64,000 nucleotides of DNA from the human T2T-CHM13v2.0 reference genome, Homo sapiens: the NCBI RefSeq assembly GCF_009914755.1, contig NC_060933.1. The stretch is one strand, 5' to 3'. Below the pieces are notes generated by a model that saw nothing but the letters and a program-made list of their open reading frames with translations, was not told where the DNA came from and did no database searches. Every line of letters begins with the position of its first letter. Within the stretch, counting starts at the first letter, position 1. Both the position numbers and the translations under genes were made by a program. Positions 25,360 to 38,870 of the stretch are shown piece after piece.

Positions 25360-26897
25360 AATAATAGCACCACAAAAATGTCACCTGTTTTATTAGTGCT
25401 ATGCATAATTGCTAACTCTTACTCAGTGTTACCATTGTTGATCCATTTTTTATATGCTGTTGAGAAGGTAGTGATCTGACAGAATTTGGAACTGGTGGCA
25501 TGGACAGTTTTCAGAGAAAATGGTATTTTTCCAGGAATAATCTACTTTCCTCATGCACTGCAGGTTTAATTTTTCAACAGCAAGACAAGGTGGCAAAAGC
25601 TTCCGTTCTCTTGTGAAATGCATCCAGTTATCCTCATTTGTGGGTGAAATGACTTTCTGTTAATAAAAAGCACAAATTACTTTAATAAATTGGATAATTT
25701 TGCAAGTTGTAAAATGCCACACCATTTGAAATATTTTAGATATTCATATGAGAAAAAAAATCACATTGACTCAAGGCAAACTTTAGGAGGCGTGTAGAAA
25801 AGAAGCCCAAGATTGAATGCATATAAAGTATGCATACAGATTTGAACATAATATGTGAGCAATAAATATTTATTTCATGTCAAATGGGACGATGATTTAG
25901 AAGCTTTCTAATGAGTCTGACCCTCTCATTTCATAGATGAAGAAACTAAGACCCAGAAGGTATAAGATCATGAAACTGTAAAGACTCCTATGTCTGAACT
26001 TTTAGAGATGTCAAAGATGGCAGAGTATGCAACTACAGAGATGAGCAGATAGTTTTGCTATTTCGATTGGAGATCTCGCCTCCCATAAATGCCCTCACAC
26101 ACCCCACTGCAAAGCCTCACGCTGGTCTCCTTCAGGTGCGCCCTGAGTCCCCACACAGGATGAAGGGGGCAGGCTGCAGACATACTGAGGAGAGTAGAAG
26201 GAAGGGCAGCCTCTCCAGGTCCCAGCCGTGACCCTCAATTAAATGAAGACTTCACACGTTAGAATCCACCTCTTAAAGACAAGATCAGAGAAGCCTTTCT
26301 AGGCAATGGGTCCAGGTCACATAGCTAGTTCGTAGCAAGGCCAAGAAGAGCAGAACCATAGACTGTTTCCCAAGCCAGTGTCTCATAGAGGCTGTATCCA
26401 TTTCTCAAGGCTCATGGTTTATTAATAAGTGAAGTAGAATCACAGAAACGGTGCGATGTCCTACATGTTGACATTAAAGTAATGGTTTAACAATTTAAAA
26501 TATGACTCTTCTCCCAATATAATTATAGGACTTACTAGATATATATTATATATCATATGTATGTTAAGTAATACTTTGCTTGAGGAAGTGTGGTCTGGGA
26601 AAGATACAAATTTCAAATTGTTTGATAATCATCTTCTAGCAATACTGTCATTGTGTCTCTTTGGCAGTGTGTATAAACTTGGGTGTTATCAAAACTCCAC
26701 TATGTGCCACCACAAGCCACAAGTATAACCACTAGCCCATAAGATTTTTGAAAAAACTAATTACACGGTATACAGAAAAAAAAAAGGCTTCAAGAGAAAC
26801 ACATCAAGCTGTTACGAGGAGTGGCCTCTATAAAGAGAAATTAGGATTGAGGAGGGGAAAGGTATGCATGTTGGCTCATGTCTTCAAGTTCCTTTAA

Positions 26898-27297
<400 letters not shown>

Positions 27298-27367
27298 CAT
27301 AAATAATTTTTTTAATGCAAGTTTCCTAACTGGAAAACATCTTATCCAACGTGTAATTAAAAGTATT

Positions 27368-27677
<310 letters not shown>

Positions 27678-28453
27678 TTATGAAGAAATCATTCAGGAAA
27701 CTGATCCACTGAGTACAGCAAGGAAGGAAATAGGAGGTCATTACTGAAGCATGCATAATAAAAAGCAATGCATGAAACATACCCCATTGTTGCAAAGATT
27801 CAATACATGAAAATTAAGATGGGCAAGTCCACTTCTATCTTCTACTAAGTCCTGACTCTCAAAAAAAAAACATAAGTGAAAAGATTTAAGAATATAATTT
27901 CCTAATAGTGTGGTGAAGTGGAAGTTGGGAGATAATTTGGAAGTCCTGAACCTTAGTGCTGACCTTCCTGTTTACTAGCAACAAGGATAGAACAAGTCAC
28001 TCTGCTTAGTTAGCTCATTTGTGAAGGGGAATATCACAATCCACTTGTAAGTCATACTGATTTACCTTCTAAAATCACTGCAGTCAATTTAGATTGGACA
28101 ATTTCCAGATCACAAAAATCCTAATGCCAAAAAGCATGGGGTGGGGGAGTCAGAAAGTCTCAGGGAGTGAAGTGCGGGTGGAGGTGGGAGATGGATAGGC
28201 TCAACTAAGCTTTGTGAATTTAGGCAAAACCATATTATCTCCCTGGCCTTCTTTACAAGTCTGCTAAAGGAAAATGAATAGGACAAGTAGGTAAGGCACA
28301 CTGCAAATTCTGAGCATTCTGCAAATACATTAAAAATTAATGTTAGCCTCATTTTCCACTTGCTGTTGTGATTGTTTCAAATTGGGTTATTCTCCATAGA
28401 GCTTTGTAACTTACTGATATCCTTTTTTTGGAAGAAGATGAGGTAAAATTTAA

Positions 28454-28765
<312 letters not shown>

Positions 28766-29333
28766 TGAAGACATTATTTTTATCCCCAAATATTTTTACA
28801 AGTATAGGCTGTTACGCAGTGCAGCAAAAAAAAAAAAAAAAAAACACAGTACAGTAGGGAAAAGAATACAGTTTTGGAGCCAAAAGCTCCAGGTTCAAAC
28901 CCTAGTTTTGTCAGGTTAGCTGTTTCTAGGCAGCTTAGTGACACTGTAAAGATTAAATGAGACAATAAGTGTAACACTCAGCAGGTGCCTAGAAAATGTT
29001 TGTTTTCTTCCCTGCTTAAGAATGTGATCACACACACAGACACACACACACACACACACAATTTAGAAAGCTTCATGTGCAATCACAAAAAAGCAAAGCA
29101 TGCACCCTCACTGGCTCTACAGCCTCAGCTCTGCCTTCCCAAGCAGCATGTGATGTGCTGCATCAAAGGCTCAAGAATGACAAAGAACAGGAGCTACTAT
29201 GGAACACGGCATTGCAGATTCCAACACAGATTTTTTGCTTTTAGACAAAGCACTGTATCTCCTTGAGTTTAATTATGCATAATTGCGACTCTCCTCGAAA
29301 ATACAATAAACAAATATTGACTTCATTGTTTTA

Positions 29334-29745
<412 letters not shown>

Positions 29746-31598
29746 CTATCCCAAACCACATTAGACAAGGTTTGGTAATTGAGGAATGAAGGAGCCCAGC
29801 AGGCATCACCAGCTAGTATATTCCCTCCCAAATCTCTTAGCATCTTACAGAAGGAACAGATGGCTCAAAGTGGTCTAGAGAGTGTGAGAAAATCCAGAAA
29901 ATGAGGTCAGGAGACCTGGGCCCTGTGCATTGACATATTATGTTACCCTGGGCCACAATTTTCTCATCTAACCATGACTGTTAATGGGTCTCCAGTTTAT
30001 AAATTCGAAGTTACGTAGATCCTTTTTCTCACTTCCCACTTTGAAAAATTCTCTCTTTGGTAATTCTTTCTCATATTTTTGTTTGATTACACCCAAGGCT
30101 GTCTTACACTGTGGTTCAAGCTTTGTCTTGGGAAGGTTTACCATCTGAGAGACCTTGGAAAATTATGCAATCCCTCCTATCTTCAATTTTATCACCTCTA
30201 AAATAGCAAGAATAATATTATAGAGTTCACAGAGGCTTGATAAGGTAATTAACATAAAGCACCTACAGAATGCATAGTAAATAAATATTACTTATTACTT
30301 ACCATTAATATTACTTTTTCAAAACATTCCTTGAAATTTCTCTTTTCTTATGACTTTATTCCAACTCTCACAGCCTGATTCAAGTGTTTAGGAATACAAA
30401 CAAACTTTTTTTGTTTATAAACAAGAAACAGGATCTTTTTAAGTATGTATTTGTCAGGTTGGGTTTTGGGAAATGTATTTGATATTTTGATATACAGGTC
30501 ACATTCACCAGTTGGTTGACTTTTGATAAGGTGGGTCAATGTGTGATGAACTATATGTCATTCTATTATAAATTCTTTAGTATTTCAGGATTTTAATTCT
30601 AATTTTGGTGTTTTTTCAGCAGTATTATAGGCCTCTGAGAAAGATTATTGTTTTTCTTCCACAAAGTAGAGTGGCCTGGCATACCCTATCAGTGACTTTA
30701 GCAGTCAGCTATAAGAAAGCTAGCCATTATACTACAGCAGACCACATCTTCAGGTTCTCCAGGCCCCAGCCATGTGAAGTGGGCTTTATTCTGGGACTCA
30801 AAATGATTGAATGGGCTTCTCCTTCTCTGAAAGAAACAGCCAAACAATTCCATGTTTTCCACAATTCTAAATTACTTATTTTGGGGGTGGGAGGTAATAT
30901 TTGTTATATCTTACTTTTTGACAATTGGCCGAAGGTAAAAGAGAAGGTACATGGTTTCTCTCTGCTCATTTACCAAAGACTCTGATCTTAAATGGAGAAG
31001 AGTGTGTTCCAAGATCCATTCCACCCCCAAGCTGCCAGCTGTTGTAAGGGGGTCTAACTGAGCCTTTCCAGATCCTTCAGCTTTATCCCTACCTCCTTCG
31101 TGAAGCCTTTTCTATAGTAAGCGCAATCAAGTCCCACACTCAATTTAGTCCTTATACACTGTCTTCAACATTTGGTCTTTATTGCTTTATCAATCCCAGT
31201 AGACAGTAAGCTCCTTGGGTGGGAAGACCATGTCTCGTTCTATTGTAACCAGCACAGTCAAAAATATGCAGTAAGTGCTCAAAGCTGATCTCCAGTCATG
31301 TGTCACTTAACAAGCAGATAAGCTCCGAGAAATGCATCATGAGGTGATTTTGTTGTTATGCCAACATCATAGAGTGTACTCACACAAAACTAGATTTTCT
31401 AGCCTACTTACATACCTAGGCTACAAGGAGTAGCCTATTGCTCCCAGGCTGCAAACCTTAACAGCATGTGACTGTAATGAATACTGTAGGCAGTTGTAAC
31501 ACGTTAAGTATTTGTGCATCTAAATATACTTAATATGGAAAAGGTACAGTAAAAAATAGTATTTAAAAGATTAAGAATGGTATACCTATAGAGAGCAC

Positions 31599-31957
31599 TG
31601 ATATGGTTTGGCCTTGTGTCCCCACTCGAATCTCACCTTGAATTGTAATAATCCCCACGTGTCATGGGAGGGACCTGGTGAGAGGTAACTGAATCATGGG
31701 GGCGGGTTTTTCCGCTGCTGTTCTCGTGATAGTGAATAAGTCTCATGAGATCTGATGGTTTTATAAAAGGGAGTTCCCTGCACATGCTCTCTTGCCTGCC
31801 ACCATATAAGATGTGACTTTGCTCCTCCTTTGCCTTCCGCCATGATTTTGAGGCCTCCCCAGCCATGTGGAACTGTGAGTCCATTAAACCTCTTTCCTTT
31901 CTAAAGTACCCAGTCCCAAGCATGTGTTTATTAGCAGTGTGAGACCAGAGTAATACA
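31599..31957 (+). mobile_element. THE1 (B/C-like) solo LTR
   Basis: tgatatggtttgg...taataca; perfect 5-bp TSD agcac. Confidence 0.93.
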
Positions 31958-32527
31958 AGCACTTACCATGAATGAAGCATACAGGACTGGAAGTTGCTCT
32001 GGGAGTATCAGTGAGTGAGTAGTGAAAGCAAAGGCCTAGGACATTACTGTACACTACTGCAGACTTTATAAACACTGTACATTTAGGCTACACTATATTT
32101 ACTTAAATTTTTTTTATTTCTTCAACAGTAAATTAACCTTATCTTACTGTAAGGTTTTTACTTAATAAACTTTTAATTTTTTTTAATTTGTTGAGTCTTT
32201 TGTAATAACAGTTTAAAACACAAACACATTATACAGGCATAGAAAAAATATTTTCTTTTTTATATTCTTATTCTATAACTCTTTTCTATTTTAATTTTTT
32301 TATTTTTTTAACTTTTGAAAGTTTTCTGTTAAAGATGAAGACACAAACACACATATTAGCCTAGGCCTGGAACATCAATATCATTGTCTTGCACCTCCAC
32401 ATCTTGTCCCAGTGGAAGGCCTTCAGGGGCAATAGTACACATGGATCTGTCATCTCCTATGATAACAATGCCTTCTTCTAGAAACCTCCCAAAGGACCTG
32501 CCTAAGGCTGTTTTACAGTAAACTTTT

Positions 32528-33136
32528 TGAAGGAAATAATGTATACAGTGGTCCATTTTCAAGACAAAGTGCCTTGAATTGACTTAGGTTAGCAAACTAC
32601 AGAAGAAACAAGATATACTAGGCCACTGCTTGGCTAGCCAATGCCTGCTTGTCGGCCTCCCCCTCCCCTTTCTTCCCCCCAACGCTTAGTTGCCCTCACC
32701 AGAACCAAAAAAGTTTAGTCTAAAATGACAGCTTTCTAGCCTGCAAAATAGCTCGCTTTATCTATTCTTATCAGCCTGCCCAGCTACTTAGGTCATAAGT
32801 CAAATATTTAAAGAGCCCCTGAGCTAACTAGGATTGTAATGCATTGTGGGCTGCAACAAAATGCGGCAAGACAACCCTAAAGAAAACACCTAAAGCCCCT
32901 ACCCAACAATCAATAGGCAACGTCCAGGAAGATTGTGACCCCATAGCACTCAGCCTCTAAGGAACTGGGGGAGGGACTTGCGCACTAGGGGATAAACTGC
33001 TTGTTAAAACTGTACTGGGTGTGCCTGTCCATCAAACACGGATCTTGCAAGACTGTCATTAAAAGTCTCACTTTCGCTGTTCTCCGGGTCTCTAAGTCCA
33101 TTCTTTGGGTTTGAATGGGTAAGTTTGTTTCTCATA
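32528..33136 (+). mobile_element. ERVL solo LTR, LTR18-like
   Basis: tgaaggaaataatgtatacagtggtcc...gtttgtttctcata; 5-bp TSD ctttt; attaaa signal. Confidence 0.7.
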
Positions 33137-33760
33137 CTTTTTTAATAAGCAGAGGCAGTACACTCTAAAATAATGATTAAAAGTATAGTATAGTAAATAC
33201 ATAAACAAAATAGTCATTTATTATAATTATCAAGTATTATGTACTGTACCTAATTGTATCTGTTAGACTTTTATACCATTGGCAATGCAATAGGTTTGTT
33301 TATACCAGCCTCACTACAAACACCTGAGTAATGCATTGTGCTATGTTATTAGGACAGCTAGAACATCACTAGGCGACAGGAATGTTTCAGTTCTATTATA
33401 ATCTTTTATAGTCTATTATAATGGACCATATATATGGCCACTGTCATATATGTTATCATTAACTGAAAAGTTGTTATGCAGTGCATGACTATATTCTGTC
33501 GTTGCAGCTTATTGTCTAAAACTATGTCCTTTCTCAGTCCAATACAAGTATTCCCAGCAGTGGTGTCTCAACTATCATCTAGACTGCAAACGTCCTGAGA
33601 GGTAAGGGCTGTTACTCAACATTATATCCCCACAGTCCAGCCCAGTGCTTGACTCACAGTAGATACTGCAACAAATTGCTAATTTGAATAGAATTCTCAA
33701 GAGCGTCTATGCTAAAAACTTTCCTTCCCTCTTCCTAAATACCACATTAAGAAATATCTC

Positions 33761-34050
33761 ACCAGGCACAGTGGCTCATGCCTGCAATCCCAGCACTTTG
33801 GGAGGCAAGGGTGGGAGATCGTTTGAGGTCAGGAGTTCAAGACCAGCCTGGCCAACATAGTGAAACCCCGTCTCTACTAAAAATACAAAAATTAGCTGGA
33901 TGTGGTGGTGGGTGTCTGTAATCCCAGCTACTCAGAAGGCTGAGGCAGGAGAATTGCTGGAACCCGGCGGAGTGGAGGTTGCAGTGAGCCAAGATCCCAC
34001 CATTGCACTCCAGCCTGGGTGACAGAATGAGACTCTGTCTCAAAAAAAAA

Positions 34051-34082
<32 letters not shown>

Positions 34083-34084
34083 AA
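33761..34084 (+). mobile_element. AluS
   Basis: TSD aagaaatatctc/aagaagtatctc. Confidence 0.92.
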
Positions 34085-34179
34085 AGAAGTATCTCTACTT
34101 TTTCTCTCATTTGTTTCTGGACTTCCAAGTACTGCAGAGGCTCCTTAAATAGATGCAAACTAAAGCCAATACTCTAGGT

Positions 34180-34390
34180 CAGGAGTGGGCAAACTATAGG
34201 GTCAAATTCTGCCTGCTACCAGTTTTTATAAATAAAGTTTTACCGAAACATAACCACGTCTATTTGTGTACGTAGTGCCCATAGTTGCTTTCTGGCTACA
34301 ATAACAGAGTTGAATAGTTGCAACTGTATGGCCTGCAAAGCCAAAAATGTTTAATATCTGCCACTTTACCGAAAAGCTCGCTGATGCCTG
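34180..34390. mobile_element. MER58A
   Basis: cagg...cctg termini; 8-bp TSD ctctaggt/ctctagtt. Confidence 0.88.
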
Positions 34391-35531
34391 CTCTAGTTTA
34401 CACTGCAAACCACTGCGCTTCTTAGTTGTGAAGAGAAAAAGAAAAAGAAGCTCTGAAAATTTCCAGGTAGAGAAAGTAATAATATTTGGTGATAATTTTA
34501 TAATAAAGGTAACCTTTCTTGGTATATTTTACACATATATGTAAAAGCATATTTACAAAATTATTTTACACTTGATTCTATCACATCTGGATGATGTAGG
34601 CAGGGCAATTATAGCTTCATTTCACAAATGAAGGAATAAAAAAATTAAGTGACATGTTCTGGGAGACAAAATACTTTTTTAAAAAAATTTAACATCTGTT
34701 TGAGTCTTTTCATAACACCTAGTTATTGAACAATAACAACATAAAAAGCAAACAAAAACCCACTCTGCCTTACCCCCTTATTTCTTCTTTACCATTAAGC
34801 TGGTTAGTACATGAAGGTCTCCAGTGCTGGGCTTTGGAGAGTTCTGCTTCATAAAAATTTCCATGCTAAAGGCCTTGTGGTCTTATTATATAGGTAGAAT
34901 TTATTCCATTTAAATTGTTTTGGGCCCCATTTTCTGGGATAGTTCTGTCTGTGCTCCAAAATATATCTGCAGAATGGATAAAGTTGTGAGGGTCCGGTTG
35001 CCTTGAGGAAGCTCTCCATCTCAGTATTCTCCTATTGGAGAGTAGCTGTTAGTATATTCTTTCAAATGCTTCTGTAAATGCACCCAAGTTAAATATCGTA
35101 TTAGAGAAGGCTTATGACTTTTGGTCAACTCACAGGCTCCTGAAGTGTACACAAACAGGCCCATGCATCCATCTCTGTCTATGAAAATAGGACTGTAGCC
35201 GGAACAAACTGATGAGAAATCTCATCACAACCTCCTCGTTGGTAAATTCTGAAAGTGTGAGTGATCCCATTTCAGGCACTGGCATCTCCCTAACTAGCCA
35301 ATGGCTCCTAGTAGTGCCTTAGCAAGAAACTGGTTGCTTATCAAATATATTATATATAATTAGCAAATAGAAGCCAAGACATTTGAGCAGGTCTGCTGTA
35401 AACCATTCAGTCATGCAGAAGGAAGGAAGAGGGAGATGACATCTGAGGTAGACAACAATTCAGAGAAAGTTTAGCAGAGTTTAGCAGAGATGCAGCCTTC
35501 TTGGGGCAAAAACTAGTCAGCAAAGTTCAGA

Positions 35532-35900
35532 GTAGTGCTTCTCCAACTTCAGCTTTATAGTGCAGCAGAATCACTTGGAGGAATTACAGGAATCACCTGT
35601 AACAGATTGCTGGGCCTCACCCAGAGTTGGCCAGCACTGGGGCTTGATAATTTGCATTTCTAACAAGTTCCCAGGAGATTCTGAGGCTGCTAGTTCAGCG
35701 ACCACCCTTTTAAGAACCATGCTGTAGTCTAGAACCTAGACCAGTGTTTCTCCAATCTTAATGTGCCAATGAATCAATCTCCCTGGAATCTTATAAAATG
35801 CAGATTCTGATTCTGCAATTCTGGAGAAAAGAGGGCTGAAATCTTAACATTTCTAACAAGGTCCCAGATGCTGCTGACTTGGTATATCTGGCCCCAGTAG
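35532..35900. mobile_element. Two adjacent MER5-family MITEs
   Basis: gtgcttctccaac...catttctaacaagttcccagg; cagtgtttctccaatc...aaaatgcagattctgattc. Confidence 0.75.
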
Positions 35901-36179
35901 ACTGGATGTTGTATACAGCGTGGGATTCCAGACTGCTCCCTAGAACACACCATTTATTTTGCAACTGCAGTTGGGCTTTTGAAGTTTTTATGAAGTCATA
36001 GCATGCTTCAAGACTTTATATTTACATCAAGTATTTTTTTCCTGAGTCCAATGCCTGTCTTTCTTTTTCTTTTCTCCTTCTTCTTCCTTTCTTTGTTTCC
36101 TCCATAAATGGAGTTTACCCTCTCATCTTCACCTCTCAGCTGTGAATTTGTTAGAAAGTCGATAAGAGCTCACTTTAGT

Positions 36180-37195
36180 GAACATAGATCTGAGTCAGGT
36201 AACTTAGATTCTGCTTGGGCTGTGGCTCTAAAAAGGTGTAAGATACTGGGCCGGTCACAGAATCTTTCTCAGCCTCAGTTTCCCCAGATTCAAAATGACA
36301 TGGCTGTTCTAGATGATGTTTAAGGTGCCTTGAAGCTCTCAAAGACTCCATTACGTTAAATGTAATCAAAAGCGCACCAAAAACCAATAATACGTGTGCT
36401 GCCACCTTTGGGTGGAAAACATAACTTTAGCTAGACCAGCTACAACTTTGAAACAAAAGACATTTCACTGAAACTCTCCTACCCGCAGGGCCCAACAGAA
36501 ATGTAATATTTCTTCCATATGATTACAATTCATAATGGCTTCCCTTTAATATGAAATTTCAGACACAAACCAACATAAACTTGATTTTGATGTCATTTAC
36601 CTTTATATATATTAAAACTTTACAGTTTGATCAATCTTCTGTGGATGTTTTTCCCATCTTAGGAAATTTTCATGGTTTCAGAAAGTCTGAACACTCCGGT
36701 TAATAATGCATTCCTATTAAATTATTGATTAGTAAGTAATTGACCAATCCCAAGAATGCACTGTAGAGAAACAGAACAAAAATACTGGCATTGAAATAAG
36801 ATTAATCTGGATTTGAATTTTTGATCATTCTAGTTCCTAACTGTGCTCTTTAGTAAGTCATTTAACTTCTCTGTGTCACATCTTCTCACCTGTGAAATGA
36901 GTGTAAAATACTTCTCTTCATTGTTGAGGGGTTAAAAAAATAATGTTGTAAAGTCCTTGACAAAGTTGTTAACACTCAGTAAGTGCTCAATATGCAGGAG
37001 GTCTTACCAAATGGCCACTGCCAGGCAGCCTGTGATGTTGAAAATAAATCAGGCTTTGAAGCCAGAAATTGGTTTCAATCTCCGGCTGTTTTACTTTATG
37101 ACTTTGCACAGCTCACTGAACCTCTCTAAGCCAGTTTCCTCATCTGTATAAGGATATCAAGACCTTTTGGAATTGATTGAGGATTAAATTCTAAT
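36180..37195 (+). mobile_element. Cluster of MIR fragments (36180-36340, 36770-36990, 37030-37195)
   Basis: ctcagcctcagtttcccc; tttaacttctctgtg; cagtttcctcatctgta. Confidence 0.65.
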
Positions 37196-37700
37196 GCTAT
37201 AGACTGAATTGTGTCTCCCACTGCCATTACCCAGGAAGAGAAGCAAGTGTACATGGGTTTATAATCCACTAAGACTCGTTTCAATTTTTCACAACCACAC
37301 TTTCGTCCAATGGAAGGTGGACATGACTTTTACTAGGGGAGGACAATCTCAAATCCTACAAAACTGTCTCCTGTCTCACAGGAGGAAGTAAGTTTTGCCT
37401 TAAAAGAGAGATATCTTTGGAAGGATTTCCTGCTCAGTGAATCAGAGCCCAGATCTACCAATAAAAGGGTGAATTTGTTGGCATCATTAGTAGTAAGACG
37501 AGTGCAGAAGAAAAAAAGGTTTAAGATTCTTTCTCCCAAGTTTTAAAGATCTTCTTTGGCCTCCAGTTATATTTCTGACCACTTTTTTCTTGACCCCATC
37601 CTTCAAGGCACTTAACTGCCTACCACTTGCCCATACATTCCTCTTTCTGCTCTTTGGTCATCTTGGCCTTTCTCCTGGGAATTATTTTTCCCTAACCTAT

Positions 37701-38159
37701 GGTTGGGACACATTTCTCCATGGGTTTCTCATGTTTCCACATGTTTTGTGAACAGCATTTGTGACAGACTGGTCTTTATTCTAAATCTAGACTGTCTTTT
37801 CAAAGATATTTGTATAGCAAGCCTTGGAAGATAGAGATTGTGTCTTCCTCAAGAGCAAAGGCATCTACTTCCCCTTGTAAAAGATTTAGTTTCCCTAAAC
37901 TCAAGGTTTCTCTCCTCTAACAAAACCCCCTGCATGTGCAGGTATTATCTGGCCCTGTTTACATTTCCCTGTGGGAATTAGAACTCAGAGAATGAATATT
38001 TTAAAATGCTGATACTCTAACTACTGCTTTTGCAGTGAATAATAAACTATTCTTTCTTTCCAGGAGCCTCATGTCTTCTTACAACATCACATGAAAGGAG
38101 CAGGCTAACTTGTTAGCTTCCAGATAGGTAAAATCTCAAGCTTTTCGCCATTTTTGACG
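37701..38159 (+). mobile_element. LTR40-like ERVL LTR
   Basis: gttgggacacattttctccatggg...gccttggaagatagagat...aataaa...caggctaacttgttagc. Confidence 0.7.
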
Positions 38160-38244
38160 CTTATTTTACTCCTAAATACCCAGATCCTACTTATATTTTA
38201 AAATTTACTTCAAATGCTTGTGCTTCATGAATATACTCTGGTTA

Positions 38245-38870
38245 GTTTTTGCTCCTATCTGTAAAATAAGGATGATAGTAATAGTATCTATCAATTTGGG
38301 TTGTTGCGCAGGTTAAATGGGTTGATATATGTAAACTATAAGTGCTATAAGCATTAGCTGTTAATATCATTATTTTTTTTTATTCCAGAGAAGTTTATGA
38401 AAGGTGACTTAGTATCCTTGGCAAATAACAGATCTAATTCAAATTCTGTTTTTACTTCTGTCCAGCTCTGTGACTTTAGGGAAAGTACTTGACCTATACA
38501 GCCCTCAGTTTTGTCACTATAAAAATGAAGATGATAATTCCTGCCATTTCAGGGAGGTTTTAGTAATAAACAAATTATATGTAAAGCACATAACACATAA
38601 TAGATGTTCAAATAAGCATAAGGCTAAGTTATTATAGCACTTTCTACTTTGCATGCAACTAATCTCCCGGTATATTATTTCCTCTATCAACCTGTAACTT
38701 CAATGGAAACAAGAACTCTGGTGAATTCATCTTGATGGCCCTCAAATGCCTAGCACAAAGGAGTCAACTTTTAAGTCATTCATTCATTCATTCAGAAACA
38801 TGTATTGATCACTTGCTTTGTGCCAGACATATGTATTGAGGATGCATCAGGGACTACTAATGCTAAATAG
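38245..38870. mobile_element. MIR and L2 fragments
   Basis: atctgtaaaataaggatgata; cctcagttttgtc; cattcattcattc L2 tail on minus. Confidence 0.6.

Larger units (their letters stand above)
31293..33491. mobile_element. Tigger3b-like DNA transposon hosting two LTRs
   Basis: Terminal repeats cagtcatg...catgacta; internal Tigger3 text (catagagtgtactcacacaaaactaga). Confidence 0.85.

Noticed and set aside
31855-31867. PRDM9 motif in the second THE1
   Set aside because: CCTCCCCAGCCAT is the ordinary non-hot state
35209-35260. CTGATGA hammerhead-ribozyme core (also near 19629 and 44801)
   Set aside because: No stem II closed before GAAA and no stems I/III
36396-36416. CTCF-like sites (also near 6150)
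   Set aside because: Only the AGGTGGCA half matches
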